NCBI GenBank assembly: GCA_021796335.1
Contig: JAJYHZ010000002.1
Location: 29,728 to 93,727, forward strand
DNA length: 64,000 nt
Reading direction: 5' to 3'
From: a bacterium
GTDB taxonomy: Bacteria > Patescibacteriota > Minisyncoccia > UBA6257 > UBA9933
The translations under genes and the position numbers were made by a program. The first letter of the stretch is position 1. Each line of letters begins with the position of its first letter. Positions 60,138 to 64,000 of the stretch are shown piece after piece. The notes below the pieces were generated by a model. That model worked only from the letters and a program-made list of their open reading frames with translations. It was not told the origin of the DNA and searched no databases.

Positions 60138-62000
60138 TTATTTTACCGAATCGTTAGTTTTCAAATTATCAATACTACTATTCAGGCTAAGATTAGTAAA
60201 GGTGTCTGTCGCAGTTACGGAAACCGGACTCATAATCAAAAGACTTTGGCCGGATTGAGTGACGTTCGGAGTAATCTGAATTTGGAAAACGGCCTCAACC
60301 GGACTGCTGATAACGCCTCTTGTTGCCAAAACTTTATCGATATTCCAGGTTACCTGGCCGGTTCTATCATCGTATTGAGGAATTGAATTTACGTTGCTGG
60401 TAACCACGTTAAGCCATTGCGCTCCTTGCAAGGTGCCCGTAAAATTAACGTTACTTATGTCGGTGGAGTAATTTTTTAAAAGCCAATGTACTTCATAGAC
60501 AGTCGGCTTGTTAATTTCCGGCGGGTAAGGCCCTTTAATGACTTTCATATATTCGCTTGGCTCGATCGCACCGGAAATTTTCGTTTCCAAATCCGCCAAA
60601 CCGACTGTTTTATCACTGGAAACATTGTACGGAACGGTTGGCGAATCTATTTCCCCTTGAACGCTTAGCACGAAATTTTTATCAAACATTCTTTTGATGG
60701 GAAAGGTTGATTTGGTATTGATGGAAAAGTTAATCTGGCTAGAACTTCCAGGAGCCAAAGATTTCAGACTTGCATCATTGCCCGCGTTCCAGGTTATGGT
60801 ATTAGAAGTCGAATCGAAATTGCCGTCTGTTTTCAAGGTTGAAAAATCAAACATATCGCCTTTTAATTTTATTTTCACAACGGCATCATTTAAAGCAACA
60901 TCTGTATTATTGCCGTAGCTGACTTGATAATTCAAAGTGTTATTTAAAGCCGCTATATAATTCGGATCATTATTAATCGCTAATCCCAGCGAAATCGGTG
61001 AAGCGGCAATATTCAAATCGGCGGTTTTTTCATTAATCGTGTAATCCTGATTATCATAATTAACAATGACGTCGGCTTTGGCCTGAAAAAATGTTTGATC
61101 AGAAACTGGCAAACTTCCGGTAATGACGAACGAATTCTGCGAATTCGGGCTTATTTGAGAAATCACCCAGACGTTGTTACTTGAAGTCGGAGCGACGGTG
61201 GCTTGTTTAAACACAAATCCCTGGGGATAAGTAAGCCGGATTTTGGCATTTTCGAAATTCGCATCAGAGCTATTGTTATAATTTACATTGATTTGAAAAT
61301 CTTGGCCGCTGAATATTTTTTGCGGAGTCATAAAATTTAAATCGATCGCCGGTTGATCGACATTAACCTTGATAGATTCGGTTCTTTCAAATCGCGTTTT
61401 GAGATTCTGCGGCACGTATGAAAAATCCACATCAAATTCTTTGACTGTTTGCGGGTCTTGCAAAATTACGACTTTGTAATCTTTTTGGAAGGTTTCTCCG
61501 CCGTTCATGTTGCCGATATCTTCTTCAATGGTCTGTTTGCCGCCGGCCTGATTATCCAAGCTTATAACCCCCTCAGGCAGGGTAATTATGAATTTCGAAT
61601 CATTCATGGCATTTTGCGATTTATTCGTAATAGAAACGCTGATGTCGAAAGGTTGCGCAAGCATGACTTTGTCAGGAGCATTGAGAGTAAAGTTTAAATC
61701 ACTCGCTTTGCTGAAATAATGGAGATAAAGGTAAACAAAACCTCCTCCGATTAAGACAACGCCGAGCAAAATCCAAAAAAGCGATTTTATAAATCTTCCG
61801 AAATTGTTCATAAATCCTGATTTTTGACCATTGGAATTAATTTCAATTTTCTGGTCATCCCAGGTATTTTTAAAATTCTGGCCGGAATTTTCATTATTGT
61901 CCGTCCGGTTTTTAATTTGCTGTTTCTGAAGATTAATTGTACTCCCCTCTTGATCGGGATTAAGATCATATAATTTTTTTTCCAAATCCTCCAAAGACAT
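60138..62000 (-). CDS. Membrane-anchored multi-Ig-like (DUF11-like) protein
   Basis: One TM then repeated beta-sandwich segments. Confidence 0.65.
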   Translation of the reverse strand: MSLEDLEKKLYDLNPDQEGSTINLQKQQIKNRTDNNENSGQNFKNTWDDQKIEINSNGQKSGFMNNFGRFIKSLFWILLGVVLIGGGFVYLYLHYFSKASDLNFTLNAPDKVMLAQPFDISVSITNKSQNAMNDSKFIITLPEGVISLDNQAGGKQTIEEDIGNMNGGETFQKDYKVVILQDPQTVKEFDVDFSYVPQNLKTRFERTESIKVNVDQPAIDLNFMTPQKIFSGQDFQINVNYNNSSDANFENAKIRLTYPQGFVFKQATVAPTSSNNVWVISQISPNSQNSFVITGSLPVSDQTFFQAKADVIVNYDNQDYTINEKTADLNIAASPISLGLAINNDPNYIAALNNTLNYQVSYGNNTDVALNDAVVKIKLKGDMFDFSTLKTDGNFDSTSNTITWNAGNDASLKSLAPGSSSQINFSINTKSTFPIKRMFDKNFVLSVQGEIDSPTVPYNVSSDKTVGLADLETKISGAIEPSEYMKVIKGPYPPEINKPTVYEVHWLLKNYSTDISNVNFTGTLQGAQWLNVVTSNVNSIPQYDDRTGQVTWNIDKVLATRGVISSPVEAVFQIQITPNVTQSGQSLLIMSPVSVTATDTFTNLSLNSSIDNLKTNDSVK

Positions 62001-62206
62001 AAAATAAAAAATTAAAATATCTAGTTATTCTAATTTCTAAAAACTAAAAATATTCAGTGTGTCGTTTTGAACGCAGTGAAAAATCTGATTTTATTCAATA
62101 AAATTCTGACCGGTGACACAAAAAGCTTGATTAAATAATAAATCATTTTGGACGAATTTTAAAGACTGATTCATTATTCTATTGTTACAATTTGTGAAAT
62201 GTGGAT

Positions 62207-62244
62207 CCAATCAAATTTTCTGCGATCGCTCAAAATTTGATTGG
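62207..62244. repeat. CGATCG-core palindrome overlapping the recO stop
   Basis: ccaatcaaattttctg-cgatcg-ctcaaaatttgattgg. Confidence 0.85.
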
Positions 62245-62813
62245 GAACTTCTTATTTTTATTAAATCCGCATTTTTTGCCGTTTTAAAAGCAGGAAGAGA
62301 ACATTTGAGGCATAAAAATTCATTATCCACCTTATTGAAATAAAACGTATTTTTATTGGAGCAAACCGCGCATTGGGAGAACTCCGGATTAAAGCCGCTC
62401 ACTTTTAAAATAAGCTGGTATGCCTGAAACTCGTCCAAATCTCTTTTGATTATTTCCTTAATCACCTGCCATAAGAGCAGATCCGGCTGAAATTCAAAAG
62501 TCATATCATCGATAAAATTGATTATGCGCAAATGTTTGATTAATGATTCCTGATTACCTTTTATTTTTTTCAGATTTTCTTTGTCGGAGAGCGCGTCAAT
62601 TAGTTGAAAATAGCCGTTTTTATTGTTAATAAGCCGAATCTTAACGAAACTTAACGGTTCCAGATGCGGATTGGACTTGGAAAGTATTCGGCGCAAGCCT
62701 TTGGCTTTGGCAATAACCTTACCGAATTGTTCGGTATAAAAATAAATCAACCCGTCTGTATCGTTAAGAGCTTCCTTATTTAGAACAATAGCCTCAGAAT
62801 AGTATTCAAGCAT
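62211..62813 (-). CDS. recO: DNA repair protein RecO
   Basis: EAIVL...D..I.FYTEQFGKV...AKGLR, HLEP; CxxC...CxxC. Confidence 0.88.
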   Translation of the reverse strand: MLEYYSEAIVLNKEALNDTDGLIYFYTEQFGKVIAKAKGLRRILSKSNPHLEPLSFVKIRLINNKNGYFQLIDALSDKENLKKIKGNQESLIKHLRIINFIDDMTFEFQPDLLLWQVIKEIIKRDLDEFQAYQLILKVSGFNPEFSQCAVCSNKNTFYFNKVDNEFLCLKCSLPAFKTAKNADLIKIRSSQSNFERSQKI

Positions 62814-62910
62814 AGAAATAGCGAAATTAATTGTTAGCAATTAGTCTTTAGTTATTAGAATATCATAAATCCGTTAGTTTTCACCTTAAAATAATACCTT
62901 GATAAAATCT

Positions 62911-62954
62911 AATATTTGACGCCCACCCACAAGCAAACAAAATCGTCAAATATT
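62911..62954. repeat. CGATCG palindrome interrupted by degenerate 20-nt unit (62922-62941)
   Basis: aatatttgacg[cccacccacaagcaaacaaa]atcgtcaaatatt. Confidence 0.75.
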
Positions 62955-63032
62955 AAATTTTTTGGATTATAAAAAGTGCGGAAAATGGCAGGAATCTTTA
63001 AAATAACCAGATTTTATGCGATTTTTTACTAC

Positions 63033-63060
63033 TTGACAAAATCAATTTATTTATTATAAT
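63033..63060 (+). promoter_or_regulatory. Sigma70 promoter
   Basis: TTGACA-16-TATAAT. Confidence 0.7.
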
Positions 63061-63099
63061 TAATGCAGAAACTAAAAACTGAAAGGGGGAATTTTATAG

Positions 63100-63363
63100 A
63101 TGAAAGAAAGAAATGATTTTTTTAGACTAGCGAATATGCTGGCGGGTATTAGCGGAGCCTTATTCGCTATTGCTTTATTTTTTCTTTTCGGCATATTTAT
63201 GCTGTATGGCAGCAAAAACAATCTTCCGGTTGAGTGGCGGTTCGTATATCCGTCAGGAATCGTGAAAACCATGTATGTTCTGATAATTGTGGGGGCAATC
63301 AGCGCCTTACTGAGCACTTTTGCAAAAAGGCTCGGTGTCCCCTCGAAAAGAAGTGCGAGGTGA
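63100..63363 (+). CDS. Small two-TM membrane protein
   Basis: SD AAGGGGG; two hydrophobic segments. Confidence 0.65.
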   Translation: MKERNDFFRLANMLAGISGALFAIALFFLFGIFMLYGSKNNLPVEWRFVYPSGIVKTMYVLIIVGAISALLSTFAKRLGVPSKRSAR

Positions 63364-63364
63364 C

Positions 63365-63601
63365 ATGGGAAAGCAGAAATATTGGTACGAAGCCCAAGGA
63401 TCTGCGTTAGGACGCAGATTCAGCGGGCAGATGTATGTCGTAAACGAGGACGAAGCATTGGTCGTCCTCGAGAAACGGATCAAAAAATACGCGAAGGAGC
63501 AGTTGGGCATATATAAAGAATTCATAGATTTAATACAGCCCAATGCCAGTAGGATCACCTTGAGCTTTGGGCAAAGACCCATATGGCTCGAGGAGATTTA
63601 A
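63365..63601 (+). CDS. Hypothetical protein
   Basis: SD GAGGTGA before ATG 63365; terminator ~63600-63647. Confidence 0.6.
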   Translation: MGKQKYWYEAQGSALGRRFSGQMYVVNEDEALVVLEKRIKKYAKEQLGIYKEFIDLIQPNASRITLSFGQRPIWLEEI

Positions 63602-63706
63602 CCCTTCCCGCAAAAATGCGCAAGCATGGCGGGAGGGGATTTTTTTTGAAAATTATTTTAAAGAATTATATTGCTTATATTATTTAAATCCGCTTCCGCA
63701 GGCCTA

Positions 63707-63726
63707 CCTGCCTGTCGGCAAACAGG
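63707..63726. repeat. 20-nt CCTGCCTGCCGGCAGGCAGG-type palindromic unit
   Basis: cctgcctgtcggcaaacagg. Confidence 0.7.
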
Positions 63727-63770
63727 CAAGGCTAAGAGAATTTTGATATTCGTGCTTAATAATTTTTATT

Positions 63771-63871
63771 ATCGTATATTTTGACGATCGTCAAAATATA
63801 CGATTGGCAAGAGTATGTTTGAATTTAAAAAGGTATACAATTCCAACGATCGTTAAATTTGTATACTTTTT
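63771..63871. repeat. Two adjacent CGATCG-core palindromes (63771-63804 and 63827-63871)
   Basis: atcgtatattttga-cgatcg-tcaaaatatacgat; aaaaaggtatacaattccaa-cgatcg-ttaaatttgtatacttttt. Confidence 0.8.
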
Positions 63872-64000
63872 TGTTTATACTCTTTCATAAGAAATTGCGG
63901 GAAAAATTTATTTTTTGAATTTTCGAGATCTTCTGCCGCTAAAGCGGAATCGAGACGAATAGAAAAATTTAATTCAAGAATATTATTCCCCTTTTATAAC

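Noticed and set aside
11201-63871. CRISPR array interpretation of the palindromes or the 122-bp repeats
   Set aside because: Copies are dispersed, without regular spacers, and no core cas genes are present
1-64000. Alternative genetic code (TGA = Gly)
   Set aside because: Conserved genes are uninterrupted in code 11 and several end at TGA

Overview
Low-GC bacterial DNA whose gene content suggests Patescibacteria (CPR, probably Parcubacteria); this is inferred from gene content only. TGA is used as a stop, so code 11. It holds a type IV pilus locus (pilB, pilC, minor pilins, two pilins with identical mature regions), a second pilB, many housekeeping genes (pgk, rnhA, polX, parA/parB, clpB, htrA, iscS, murD, rpsP, khpA, frr, glyS, recO), tRNA-Gln(CTG) and RNase P RNA. 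The main unexplained signal is a layer of very short palindromic elements. One family has a CGATCG core, and two members are interrupted at the same symmetric position by a 20-nt palindromic unit. Other 16-22 nt palindromes sit in frame inside iscS, murD, pgk and recO. Two ~123-bp MITE-like elements appear to supply start codons, and an identical 122-bp hairpin occurs twice inside RNase P RNA. Other leads: a tRNA-adjacent module resembling four tandem Csx3/Crn3 ring-nuclease domains plus a truncated partner NTPase, a TruB-acylphosphatase fusion, and two promoter-hairpin-terminator ncRNA candidates. All calls come from motif recognition by eye; no searches were run.
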